NCBI RefSeq assembly: GCF_009914755.1
Contig: NC_060943.1
From: the human T2T-CHM13v2.0 reference genome, Homo sapiens
Length of the DNA stretch: 64,000 nucleotides
Strand: one strand, 5' to 3'
The position numbers and the translations under genes were made by a program. Position 1 is the stretch's first letter. Each line of letters starts with the position of its first letter. The notes under the pieces are model-generated. The model saw only the letters and a list, made by a program, of their open reading frames with translations. It was not told the DNA's origin and searched no databases. Shown here piece after piece: positions 1 through 12,100 of the stretch.

Positions 1-147
1 CATATAAAAACTAGACAGAATGATTCTCAGAAACTCCTTTGTGATGTGTGCGTTCAACTCACAGAGTTTAACTTTTCTTTTCATAGAGCAGTTAGGAAAC
101 ACTCTGTTTGTAAAGTCTGCAAGTGGATATTCAGACCTCTTTGAGGC

Positions 148-164
148 CTTCGTTGGAAACGGGA
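148..164 (+). promoter_or_regulatory. CENP-B box (first copy; recurs once per dimer at +128..+144 from the unit start)
   Basis: CTTCGTTGGAAACGGGA matches the 17-bp CENP-B box with core NTTCGNNNNANNCGGGN. The variants TTTCGTTGGAAACGGGA and CTTCGTTGGAAGCGGGA are common. About 160 of 188 copies keep the core by manual count. Confidence 0.95.
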
Positions 165-189
165 TTTCTTCATATTATGCTAGACAGAA

Positions 190-195
190 GAATTC
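190..195. other. EcoRI site defining the classic 340-bp alphoid EcoRI dimer (first copy)
   Basis: GAATTC lies within the palindrome AGAATTCT once per dimer. It is lost at about 27054, 43041, 46783 and 53927 (gaacaattc) and at about 50865 (gaattatc). Confidence 0.9.
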
Positions 196-316
196 TCAGT
201 AACTTCCTTGTGTTGTGTGTACTCAACTCACAGAGTTGAACGATCCTTGACACAGAGCAGACTTGAAACACTCTTTTTGTGGAATTTGCAAGTGGAGATT
301 TCAGCCGCTTTGAGGT

Positions 317-335
317 CAATGGTAGAATAGGAAAT
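317..335 (+). other. A-box (pJ-alpha-type) position in the alternate monomer; first copy, one per dimer
   Basis: caatggtagaa(t/a)aggaaat occupies the position homologous to the CENP-B box after ttgagg. This is the established A-type/B-type monomer alternation. Confidence 0.7.
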
Positions 336-1019
336 ATCTTCCTATAGAAACTAGACAGAATGATTCTCAGAAACTCCTTTGTGATGTGTGCGTTCAACTC
401 ACAGAGTTTAACGTTTCTTTTCATAGAGCAGTTAGGAAACACTCTGTTTGTAAGTCTGCAAGTGGATATTCAGACATCTTTGAGGCCTTCGTTGGAAACG
501 GGATTTCTTCATGTTCTGCTAGACAGAAGAATTCTCAGAAACTTCCTTGTGTTGTGTGTTTTCAACTCACAGAGTTGAACGATGCTTTACACAGAGTAGA
601 CTTGAAACACACTTTTTGTGTAATTTGCAAGTGGAGATTTCAGCTGCTTTGAGGTCAATGGTAGAAAAGGAAATATCTTCGTATAAAAACTAGACAGAAT
701 GATTCTCAGAAACTCCTTTGTGATGTGTGCGTTCAACTCACAGAGTTTAACCTTTCTTTTCATAGAGTAGTTAGGAAACACTCTGTTTGTAAAGTCTGCA
801 AGTGGATATGCAGACATCTTTGAGGCTTTCGTTAGAAACGGGATTTCTTCATATTCTGCTAGACAGAAGAATTCTCAGAAACTTCGTTGTGTTGTGTGTT
901 TTCAACTCACGGAGTTCAACGATCCTTTACACAGAGTAGACTTGAAACACTCTTTTTGTGGAATTCGCAGGGTGGAGATTTCAGCCGCTTTGAGGTCAAT
1001 GGTAGAAAAGGAAATATCT

Positions 1020-2960
1020 TCGTATAAAAACCAGACAGAGTGATTCTCAGAAACTCCTTTGTGATGTCTGCGTTCAACTCACAGAGTTTAACCTTTCTTT
1101 TCATAGAGCAGTTGGGAAACACTCTGTTTGTAAAGTCTGCAAGTGGATATTCAGACTTCTTTGAGGCCTTCGTTGGAGGCGGGATTTCTTCATATTCTGC
1201 TAGACAGAAGAATTCTCAGTAACTTCCTTGTGTTGTGTGTATTCAACTCACAGAGTTGAACGATCCTTTACACAGAGCAGACTTGAAACACTCTTTTTGT
1301 GGAATTTGCAAGTGGAGATTTCAGCCGCTTTGAGGTCAATGGTAGAATAGGAAATATCTTCCTATAGAAACTAGACAGAATGATTCTCAGAAACTCCTTT
1401 GTGATGTGTGCGTTGAACTCACAGAGTTTAACCTTTCTTTTCATAGAGCAGTTAGGAAACACTCTGTTTGTAAAGTCTGCAAGTGGATATTCAGACATCG
1501 TTGAGGCTTTCGTTGGAAACGGGATTTCTTCATATTCTGATAGAAAGAAGAATTCTCAGTAACTTCCTTGTGTTGTGTGTATTCAACTCACAGATTTGAA
1601 TGATCCTTTACACAGAACAGTCTTGAAACACTCTTTTTGTGGAATTTGCAAGTGGAGATTTCAGCCGCTTTGAGGTCAATGGTAGAATAGGAAATATCTT
1701 CCTATAGAAACTAGACAGAATGATTCTCAGAAACTCCTTTGTGATGTGTGCGTTCAACTCACAGAGTTTAACCTTTCTTTTCATAGAGCAGTTAGGAAAC
1801 ACTCTGTTTGTAAATTCTGCAAGTGGATATTCAGACATCTTTGAGGCTTTCGTTGGAAACGGGATTTCTTCATATTCTGCTAGACAGAAGAATTCTCAGA
1901 AACTTCGTTGTGTTGTGTGTTTTCAACTCACAGAGTTCAACGATCCTTTACACAGAGTAGACTTGAAACACTCTTTTTGTGGAATTGGCAGGGTGGAGAT
2001 TTCAGCCGCTTTGAGGTCAATGGTAGAAAAGGAAATATCTTCGTATAAAAACTAGACAGAATGATTCTCAGAAACTCCTTTGTGATGTCTGCGTTCAACT
2101 CACAGAGTTTAACCTTTCTTTTCATAGAGCAGTTAGGAAACACTCTGTTTGTAAAGTCTGCAAGTGGATATTCAGACCTCCTTGAGGCCTTCGTTGGAAA
2201 CGGGATTTCTTCATATTATGCTAGATAGAAGAATTCTCAGAAACTTCCTTGTGTTGTGTGTATTCAACTCACAGAGTTGAACGATCGTTTACACAGAGCA
2301 GACTTGAGACACTCTTTTTGTGGAATTTGTAAGTGGAGATTTCAGCCGCTTTGAGGTCAATGGTAGAAAAGGAAATATCTTCATATATAAACCAGACAGA
2401 GTGATTTTCAGAAACTCCTTTGTGATGTCTGCGTTCAACTCACAGAGTTTAACCTTTCTTTTCATAGAGCAGTTGGGAAACACTCTGTTTGTAAAGTCTG
2501 CAAGTGGATATTCAGACTTCTTTGAGGCCTTCGTTGGAAGCGGGATTTCTTCATATTCTGCTAGACAGAAGAATTCTCAGTAACTTCCTTGTGTTGTGTG
2601 TATTCAACTCACAGAGTTGAACGATCCTTTACACAGAGCAGACTTGAAACACTCTTTTTGTGGAATTTGCAAGTGGAGATTTCAGCCGCTTTGAGGTCAA
2701 TGGTAGAATAGGAAATATCTTCCTATAGAAACTAGACAGAATGATTCTCAGAAACTCCTTTGTGATGTGTGCGTTGAACTCACAGAGTTTAACCTTTCTT
2801 TTCATAGAGCAGTTAGGAAACACTCTGTTTGTAAAGTCTGCAAGTGGATATTCAGACATCGTTGAGGCTTTCGTTGGAAACGGGATTTCTTCATATTCTG
2901 ATAGAAAGAAGAATTCTCAGTAACTTCCTTGTGTTGTGTGTATTCAACTCACAGAGTTGA
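1020..2960 (+). repeat. Local duplication, offset 1361 bp (about 1020-1600 versus 2380-2960)
   Basis: The rare variants accagacagagtg, cgttgaactc, gacatcgttgag and tctgatagaaag are shared between dimers 1040/1380 and 2401/2741. Confidence 0.8.
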
Positions 2961-4781
2961 ATGATCCTTTACACAGAGCAGACTGGAAACACTCTTTTTG
3001 TGGAATTTGCAAGTGGAGATTTCAGCCGCTTTGAGGTCAATGGTAGAATAGGAAATATCTTCCTATAGAAACTAGACAGAATGATTCTGAGAAACTCCTT
3101 TGTGATGTGTGCGTTCAACTCACAGAGTTTAACCTTTCTTTTCATAGAGCAGTTAGGAAACACTCTGTTTGTAAAGTCTGCCAGTGGATATTCAGACCTC
3201 CTTGAGGCCTTCGTTGGAAACGGGATTTCTTCCTATTATGCTAGACAGAAGAATTCTCAGTAACTTCCTTGTGTTGTGTGTATTCAACTCACAGAGTTGA
3301 ATGATCCTTTACACAGAGCAGACTTGAAACACTCTTTTTGTGGAATTTGCAAGTGGAGATTTCAGCCGCTTTAAGTTCAATGGTAGAATAGGAAATATCT
3401 TCCTATAGAAACTAGACAGAATGATTCTCAGAAACTCCTTTGTGATGTGTGCGTTCAACTCACAGAGTTCAACCTTTCTTTTCATAGAGCAGTTGGGAAA
3501 CACTCTGTTTGTAAAGTCTGCAAGTGGATATTCAGACTTCTTTGAGACCTTCGTTGGAAGCGGGATTTTTACATATTCTGCTACACAGAAGAATTCTCAG
3601 TAACTTCCTTGTTTTGTGTGTATTCAACTCACAGAGTTGAACGATCCTTTACACAGAGCAGACTTGAAACACTCTTTTTGTGGAATTTGCAAGTGGAGAT
3701 TTCAGCCGCTTTGAGGTCAATGGTAGAATAGGAAATATCTTCCTATAGAAACTAGACAGAATGATTCTCAGAAACTCCTTTGTGATGTGTGCGTTCAACT
3801 CACAGAGTTTATCCTTTCTTTTCATAGAGCAGTTAGGAAACACTCTGTTTGTAAAGTCTGCAAGTGGATATTCAGACATCCTTGAGGCTTTCGTTGGAAA
3901 CGGGATTTCTTCATATTCTGCTAGAAAGAAGAATTCTCAGTAACTTCCTTGTGTTGTGTGTATTCAACTCACAGAGGTGAATGATCCTTTACACAGAACA
4001 GTCTTGAAACACTCTTTTTGTGGAATTTGCAAGTGGAGATTTCAGCCGCTTTGAGGTCAATGGTAGAATAGGAAATATCTTCCTATAGAAACTAGACAGA
4101 ATGATTCTCAGAAACTCCTTTGTGATGTGTGAGTTCAACTCACAGAGTTTAACCTTTCTTTTCATAGAGCAGTTAGGAAACACTCTGTTTGTAAAGTCTG
4201 CAAGTGGATATTCAGACATCTTTGAGGCTTTCGTTGGAAACGGGATTTCTTCATATTCTGCTAGACAGAAGAATTCTCAGAAACTTCGTTGTGTTGTGTG
4301 TTTTCAACTCACAGAGTTCAACGATCCTTTACACAGAGTAGACTTGAAACACTCTTTTTGTGGAATTGGCAGGGTGGAGATTTCAGCCGCTTTGAGGTCA
4401 ATGGTAGAAAAGGAAATATCTTCGTATAAAAACCAGACAGAGTGATTCTCAGAAACTCCTTTGTGATGTCTGCGTTCAACTCACAGAGTTTAACCTTTCT
4501 TTTCATAGAGCAGTTAGGAAACACTCTGTTTGTAAAGTCTGCAAGTGTATATTCAGACCTCCTTGAGGCCTTCGTTGGAAACGGGATTTCTTCATATTCT
4601 GCTATACAGAAGAATTCTCAGAAACTTCCTTGTGTTGTATGTATTCAACTCACAGAGTTGAACGATCGTTTACACAGAGCAGACTTGAGACACTCTTTTT
4701 GTGGAATTTGTAAGTGGAGATTTCAGCCGCTTTGAGGTCAACGGTAGAAAAGGAAATATCTTCATATAAAAACTAGACAGA

Positions 4782-6141
4782 ATGATTCTCAGAAACTCCT
4801 TTGTGATGTGTGCGTTCAACTCACAGAGTTTAACCTTTCTTTTCATAGAGCAGTTAGGAAACACTCTGTTTGTAAAGTCTGCAAGTGGATATTCAGACAT
4901 CTTTGAGGCTTTCGTTGGAAACGGGATTTCTTCATATTCTGCTAGACAGAAGAATTCTCAGAAACTTCGTTGTGTTGTGTGTTTTCAACTCACAGAGTTC
5001 AACGATCCTTTACACAGAGTAGACTTGAAACACTCTTTTTGTGGAATTTGCAAGTGGAGATTTCAGCCGCTTTGAGGTCAATGGTAGAAAAGGAAATATC
5101 TTCGTATAAAAACTAGACAGAATGATTCTCAGAAACTCCTTTGTGATGTCTGCGTTCAACTCACAGAGTTTAACCTTTCTTTTCATAGAGCAGTTAGGAA
5201 ACACTCTGTTTGTAAAGTCTGCAAGTGGATATTCACACCTCCTTGAGGCCTTCGTTGGAAACGGGATTTCTTCATATTATGCTAGACAGAAGAATTCTCA
5301 GTAACTTCCTTGTGTTGTGTGTATTCAACTCACAGAGTTGAACGATCCTTTACACAGAGCAGACTTGAAACACTCTTTTTGTGGAATTTGCAAGTGGAGA
5401 TTTCAGCCGCTTTGAGGTCAATGGTAGAAAAGGAAATATCTTCGTATAAAAACTAGACAGAATGATTCTCAGAAACTCCTTTGTGATGTGTGCGTTCAAC
5501 TCACAGAGTTTAACCTTTCTTTTCATAGAGCAGTTAGGAAACACTCTGTTTGTAAAGTCTGCAAGTGGATATTCAGACATCTTTGAGGCTTTCGTTGGAA
5601 ACGGGATTTCTTCATATTCTGCTAGACAGAAGAATTCTCAGAAACTTCGTTGTGTTGTGTGTTTTCAACTCACAGAGTTCAACGATCCTTTACACAGAGT
5701 AGACTTGAAACACTCTTTTTGTGGAATTTGCAAGTGGAGATTTCAGCCGCTTTGAGGTCAATGGTAGAAAAGGAAATATCTTCGTATAAAAACTAGACAG
5801 AATGATTCTCAGAAACTCCTTTGTGATGTGTGCGTTCAACTCACAGAGTTTAACCTTTCTTTTCATAGAGCAGTTAGGAAACACTCTGTTTGTAAAGTCT
5901 GCAAGTGGATATTCAGACCTCCTTGAGGCCTTCGTTGGAAACGGGATTTCTTCATATTATGCTAGACAGAAGAATTCTCAGTAACTGCCTTGTGTTGTGT
6001 GTATTCAACTCACAGAGTTGAACGATCCTTTACACAGAGCAGACTTGAAACACTCTTTTTGTGGAATTTGCAAGTGGAGATTTCAGCCGCTTTGAGGTCA
6101 ATGGTAGAAAAGGAAATATCTTCGTATAAAAACTAGACAGA
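4782..6141 (+). repeat. 680-bp (two-dimer) tandem duplication
   Basis: Dimers 4782 and 5462 translate identically (97-aa ORFs). The following dimers 5122 and 5802 are of the same type with a few private SNVs. Confidence 0.65.
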
Positions 6142-9100
6142 ATGATTCTCAGAAACTCCTTTGTGATGTGTGCGTTCAACTCACAGAGTTTAACCTTTCT
6201 TTTCATAGAGCACTTAGGAAACACTCTGTTTGTAAAGTCTGCAAGTGGATATTCAGACCTCCTTGAGGCCTTCGTTGGAAACGGGATTTCTTCATATTAT
6301 GCTAGACAGAAGAATTCTCAGTAACTTCCTTGTGTTGTGTGTATTCAACTCACAGAGTTGAACGATCCTTTACACAGAGCAGACTTGAAACACTCTTTTT
6401 GTGGAATTTGCAAGTGGAGATTTCAGCCGCTTTGAGGTCAATGGTAGAATAGGAAATATCTTCCTATAGAAACTAGACAGAATGATTCTCAGAAACTCCT
6501 TTGTGATGTGTGCGTTCAACTCACAGAGTTTAACCTTTCTTTTCATAGAGCAGTTAGGAAACACTCTGTTTGTAAAGTCTGCAAGTGGATATTCAGACAT
6601 CCTTGAGGCTTTCGTTGGAAACGGGATTTCTTCATATTCTGCTAGAAAGAAGAATTCTCAGTAATTTCCTTGTGTTGTGTGTATTCAACTCACGGAGTTG
6701 AATGATCCTTTACACAGAACAGTCTTGAAACACTCTTTTTGTGGAATTTGCAATTGGAGATTTCAGCCGCTTTGAGGTCAATGGTAGAATAGGAAATATC
6801 TTCCTATAGAAACCAGACAGAATGATTCTCAGAAACTCCTTTGTGATGTGTGCGTTCAACTCACAGAGTTTAACCTTTCTTTTCATAGAGCAGTTAGGAA
6901 ACACTCTGTTTGTAAAGTCTGCAAGTGGATATTCAGACATCTTTGAGGCTTTCATTGGAAACGGGATTTCTTCATATTCTGCTAGACAGAAGAATTCTCA
7001 GAAACTTCGTTGTGTTGTGTGTTTTCAACTCACAGAGTTCAACGATCCTTTACACAGAGTAGACTTGAAACACTCTTTTTGTGGAATTGGCAGGGTGGAG
7101 ATTTCAGCCGCTTTGAGGTCAATGGTAGAAAAGGAAATATCTTCGTATAAAAACTAGACAGAGTGATTCTCAGAAACTTCTTTGTGATGTCTGCGTTCAA
7201 CTCACAGAGTTTAACCTTTCTTTTCATAGAGCAGTTAGAAAACACTCTGTTTGTAAAGTCTGCAAGTGGATATTCAGACCTCTTTGAGGCCTTCTTTGGT
7301 AACGGGATTTCTTCATATTATGCTAGACAGAAGAATTCTCAGTAACTTCCCTGTGTTGTGCGTATTCAACTCACAGAGTTGAACGATCCTTTACACAGAG
7401 CAGACTTGAAACACTCTTTTTGTGGAATTTGCAAGTGGAGATTTCAGCCGCTTTGAGGTCAATGGTAGAAAAGGAAATATCTTCGTATAAAAACTAGACA
7501 GAATGATTCTCAGAAACTCCTTTGTGATGTGTGCGTTCAACTCACAGAGTTTAACCTTTCTTTTCATAGAGCAGTTAGGAAACACTCTGTTTGTAAAGTC
7601 TGCAAGTGGATATTCAGACATCCTTGAGGCCTTCGTTGGAAACGGGATTTCTTCATATTATGCTAGACAGAAGAATTCTCAGTAACTTCCTTGTGTTGTG
7701 TGTATTCAACTCACAGAGTTGAACGATCCTTTACACAGAGCAGACTTGAAAAACTCTTTTTGTGGAATTTGCAAGTGGAGATTTCAGCCGCTTTGAGGTC
7801 AATGGTAGAATAGGAAATATCTTCCTATAGAAACTAGACAGAATGATTCTGAGAAACTCCTTTGTGATGTGTGCGTTCATCTCACAGAGTTTAACCTTTC
7901 TTTTCATAGAGCAGTTAGGAAACACTCTGTTTGTAAAGTCTGCAAGTGGATATTCAGACCTCCTTGAGGCCTTCGTTGGAAACGGTGTTTCTTCATATTA
8001 TGCTAGACAGAAGAATTCTCAGTAACTTCCTTGTGTTGTGTGTATTCAACTCACAGAGTTGAACGATCCTTTACACAGAGCAGACTTGAAACACTCTTTT
8101 TGTGGAATTTGCAAGTGGAGATTTCAGCCGCTTTGAGTTCAACGGTAGAATAGGAAATATCTTCCTATAGAAACTAGACAGAATGATTCTCAGAAACTCC
8201 TTTGTGATGTGTGCGTTCAACTCACAGAGTTCAACCTTTCTTTTCATAGAGCAGTTGGGAAACACTCTGTTTGTAAAGTCTGCAAGTGGATATTCAGACT
8301 TCTTTGAGGCCTTCGTTGGAAGCGGGATTTCTTCATATTCTGCTAGACAGAAGAATTCTCAGTAACTTCCTTGTGTTGTGTGTATTCAACTCACAGAGTT
8401 GAACGATCCTTTACACAGAGCAGACTTGAAACACTCTTTTTGTGGAATTTGCAAGTGGAGATTTCAGCCGCTTTGAGGTCAATGGTAGAATAGGAAATAT
8501 CTTCCTATAGAAACTAGACAGAATGATTCTCAGAAACTCCTTTGTGATGGGTGCGTTCAACTCACAGAGTTTAACCTTTCTTTTCATAGAGCAGTTAGGA
8601 AACACTCTGTTTGTAAAGTCTGCAAGTGGATATTCAGACCGCCTTGAGGACTTCGTTGGAAACGGGATTTCTTCATATTATGCTACACAGAAGAATTCTC
8701 AGTAACTTCCTTGTGTTGTGTGTATTCAACTCACAGAGTTGAACGATCGTTTACACAGAGCAGACTTGAGACACTCTTTTTCTGGAATTTGTAAGTGGAG
8801 ATTTCAGCCGCTTTGAGGTCAACGGTAGAAAAGGAAATATCTTCATATAAAAACTAGACAGAATGATTCTCAGAAACTCCTTTGTGATGTGTGCGTTCAA
8901 CTCACAGAGTTCAACCTTTCTTTTCATAGAGCAGTTGGGAAACACTCTGTTTGTAAAGTCTGCAAGTGGATATTCACACTTCTTTGAGGCCTTCGTTGGA
9001 AGCGGGATTTCTTCATATTCTGCTAGACAGAAGAATTCTCAGTAACTTCCTTGTGTTGTGTGTATTCAACTCACAGAGTTGAACGATCCTTTACACAGAG

Positions 9101-12100
9101 CAGACTTGAAACACTCTTTTTGTGGAATTTGCAAGTGGAGATTTCAGCCGCTTTGAGGTCAATGGTAGAATAGGAAATATCTTCCTATAGAAACTAGACA
9201 GAATGATTCTCAGAAACTCCTTTGTGATGTGTGCGTTCAACTCACAGAGTTTAACCTTTCTTTTCATAGAGCAGTTAGGAAACGCTCTGTTTGTAAAGTC
9301 TGCAAGTGGATATTCAGACATCTTTGAGGCTTTCGTTAGAAACGGGATTTCTTCATATTCTGCTAGACAGAAGAATTCTCAGAAACTTCGTTGTGTTGTG
9401 TGTTTTCAACTCACAGAGTTCAACGATCCTTTACACAGAGTAGACTTGAAACACTCTTTTTGTGGAATTTGCAAGTGGAGATTTCAGCCGCTTTGAGGTC
9501 AATGGTAGAAAAGGAAATATCTTCGTATAAAAACTAGACAGAATGATTCTCAGAAACTCCTTTGTGATGTGTGCGTTCAACTCACAGAGTTCAACCTTTC
9601 TTTTCATAGAGCAGTTGGGAAACACTCTGTTTGTAAAGTCTGCAAGTGGATATTCAGACTTCTTTGAGGCCTTCGTTGGAAGCGGGATTTCTTCATATTC
9701 TGCTAGACAGAAGAATTCTCAGTAACTTCCTTGTGTTGTGTGTATTCAACTCACAGAGTTGAACGATCCTTTACACAGAGCAGACTTGAAACACTCTTTT
9801 TGTGGAATTTGCAAGTGGAGATTTCAGCCGCTTTGAGGTCAATGGTAGAATAGGAAATATCTTCCTATAGAAACTAGACAGAATGATTCTCAGAAACTCC
9901 TTTGTGATGTGTGCGTTCAACTCACAGAGTTTAACCTTTCTTTTCATAGACCAGTTAGGAAACACTCTGTAAAGTCTGCAAGTGGATATTCAGACATCCT
10001 TGAGGCCTTCGTTGGAAGCGGGATTTCTTCATATTCTGCTACAAAGAAGAATTCTCAGTAACTTCCTTCTGTTGTGTGTTTTCAACTCACAGAGTTCAAC
10101 GATCCTTTACCCAGAGTAGACTTGAAACACTCTTTTTGTGGAATTGGCAGGGTGGAGATTTCAGCCGCTTTGAGGTCAATGGTAGAAAAGGAAATATCTT
10201 CGTATAAAAACTAGACAGAGTGATTCTCAGAAACTCCTTTGTGATGTGTGCGTTCAACTCACAGAGTTTAACCTTTCTTTTCATAGAGCAGTTAGGAAAC
10301 ACTCTGTTTGTAAAGTCTGCAAGTGGATATTCAGACCTCCTTGAGGCCTTCGTTGGAAACGGGATTTCTTCATATTCTGCAAGAAAGAAGAATTCTCAGT
10401 AACTTCCTTGTGTTGTGTGTATTCAACTCACAGAGTTGAACGATGCTTTACACAGAGTAGACTTGAAACACTCTTTTTGTGGAATTTGCAAGTGGAGATT
10501 TCAGCCGCTTTGAGGTCAATGGTAGAAAAGGAAATATCTTCGTATAAAAACTAGACAGAATGATTCTCAGAAACTCCTTTGTGATGTGTGCGTTCAACTC
10601 ACAGAGTTTAACCTTTCTTTTCATAGAGCAGTTAGGAAACACTCTGTTTGTAAAGTCTGCAAGTGGATATTCAGACATCCTTGAGGCTTTCGTTGGAAAC
10701 GGGATTTCTTCATATTCTGCTAGAAAGAAGAATTCTCAGTAACTTCCTTGTGTTGTGTGTATTCAACTCACAGAGTTGAATGATCCTTTACACAGAACAG
10801 TCTTGAAACACTCTTTTTGTGGAATTTGCAAGTGGAGATTTCAGCCGCTTTGAGGTCAATGGTAGAATAGGAAATACCTTCCTATAGAAACTAGACAGAA
10901 TGATTCTCAGAAACTCCTTTGTGATGTGTGCGTTCAACTCACAGAGTTTAACCTTTCTTTTCATAGAGCAGTTAGGAAACACTCTGTTTGTAAAATCTGC
11001 AAGTGGATATTCAGACATCTTTGAGGCTTTCGTTGGAAACGGGATTTCTTCATATTCTGCTAGACAGAAGAATTCTCAGAAACTTCGTTGTGTTGTGTGT
11101 TTTCAACTCACAGAGTTCAACGATCCTTTACACAGAGTAGACTTGAAACACTCTTTTTGTGGAATTGGCAGGGTGGAGATTTCAGCCGCTTTGAGGTCAA
11201 TGGTAGAAAAGGAAATATCTTCGTATAAAAACTAGACAGAGTGATTCTCAGAAACTCCTTTGTGATGTCTGCGTTCAACTCACAGAGTTTAACCTTTCTT
11301 TTCATAGAGCAGTTAGGAAACACTCTGTTTGTAAAGTCTGCAAGTGGATATTCAGACCTCCTTGAGGCCTTCGTTGGAAACGGGATTTCTTCATATTCTG
11401 CTATACAGAAGAATTCTCAGAAACTTCCTTGTGTTGTGTGTATTCAACTCACAGAGTTGAACGATCCTTTACACAGAGCAGACTTGAAACACTCTTTTTG
11501 TGGAAATTGCAAGTGGAGATTTCAGGCGCTTTGAGGTCAATGGTAGAAAAGGAAATATCTTCGTATAAAAACTAGACAGAATGATTCTCAGAAACTCCTT
11601 TGTGATGTGTGCGTTCAACTCACAGAGTTTAACCTTTCTTTTCATAGAGCAGTTAGGAAACACTCTGTTTGTAAAGTCTGCAAGTGGATATTCAGACCTC
11701 CTTGAGGCTTTCGTTGGAAACGGGATTTCTTCATATTATGCTAGACAGAAGAATTCTCAGTAACTTCCTTGTGTTGTGTGTATTCAACTCACAGAGTTGA
11801 ACGATCCTTTACACAGAGCAGACTTGAAACACTCTTTTTGTGGAATTTGCAAGTGGAGATTTCAGCCGCTTTGAGTTCAATGGTAGAATAGGAAATATCT
11901 TCCTATAGAAACTAGACAGAATGATTCTCAGAAACTCCTTTGTGATGTGTGCGTTCAACTCACAGAGTTGAACCTTTCTTTTCATAGAGCAGTTGGGAAA
12001 CACTCTGTTTGTAAAGTCTGCAAGTGGATATTCAGACTTCTTTGAGGCCTTCGTTGGAAGCGGGATTTCTTCATATTCTGCCAGACAGAAGAATTCTCAG

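Larger units (their letters stand above)
20..359 (+). repeat. Representative 340-bp dimer unit (CENP-B-box monomer plus A-box monomer)
   Basis: The unit runs from atgattctcag at 20 to the next atgattctcag at 360. The internal paralogous motif agaattctcag lies at about 189. The two halves are clearly homologous but much more diverged from each other than dimer is from dimer. Confidence 0.95.

Noticed and set aside
1021-1030. TATA-like cgtataaaaa in many dimers
   Set aside because: It is an AT-rich satellite motif. Centromeric transcription exists, but nothing in the sequence supports a promoter here.
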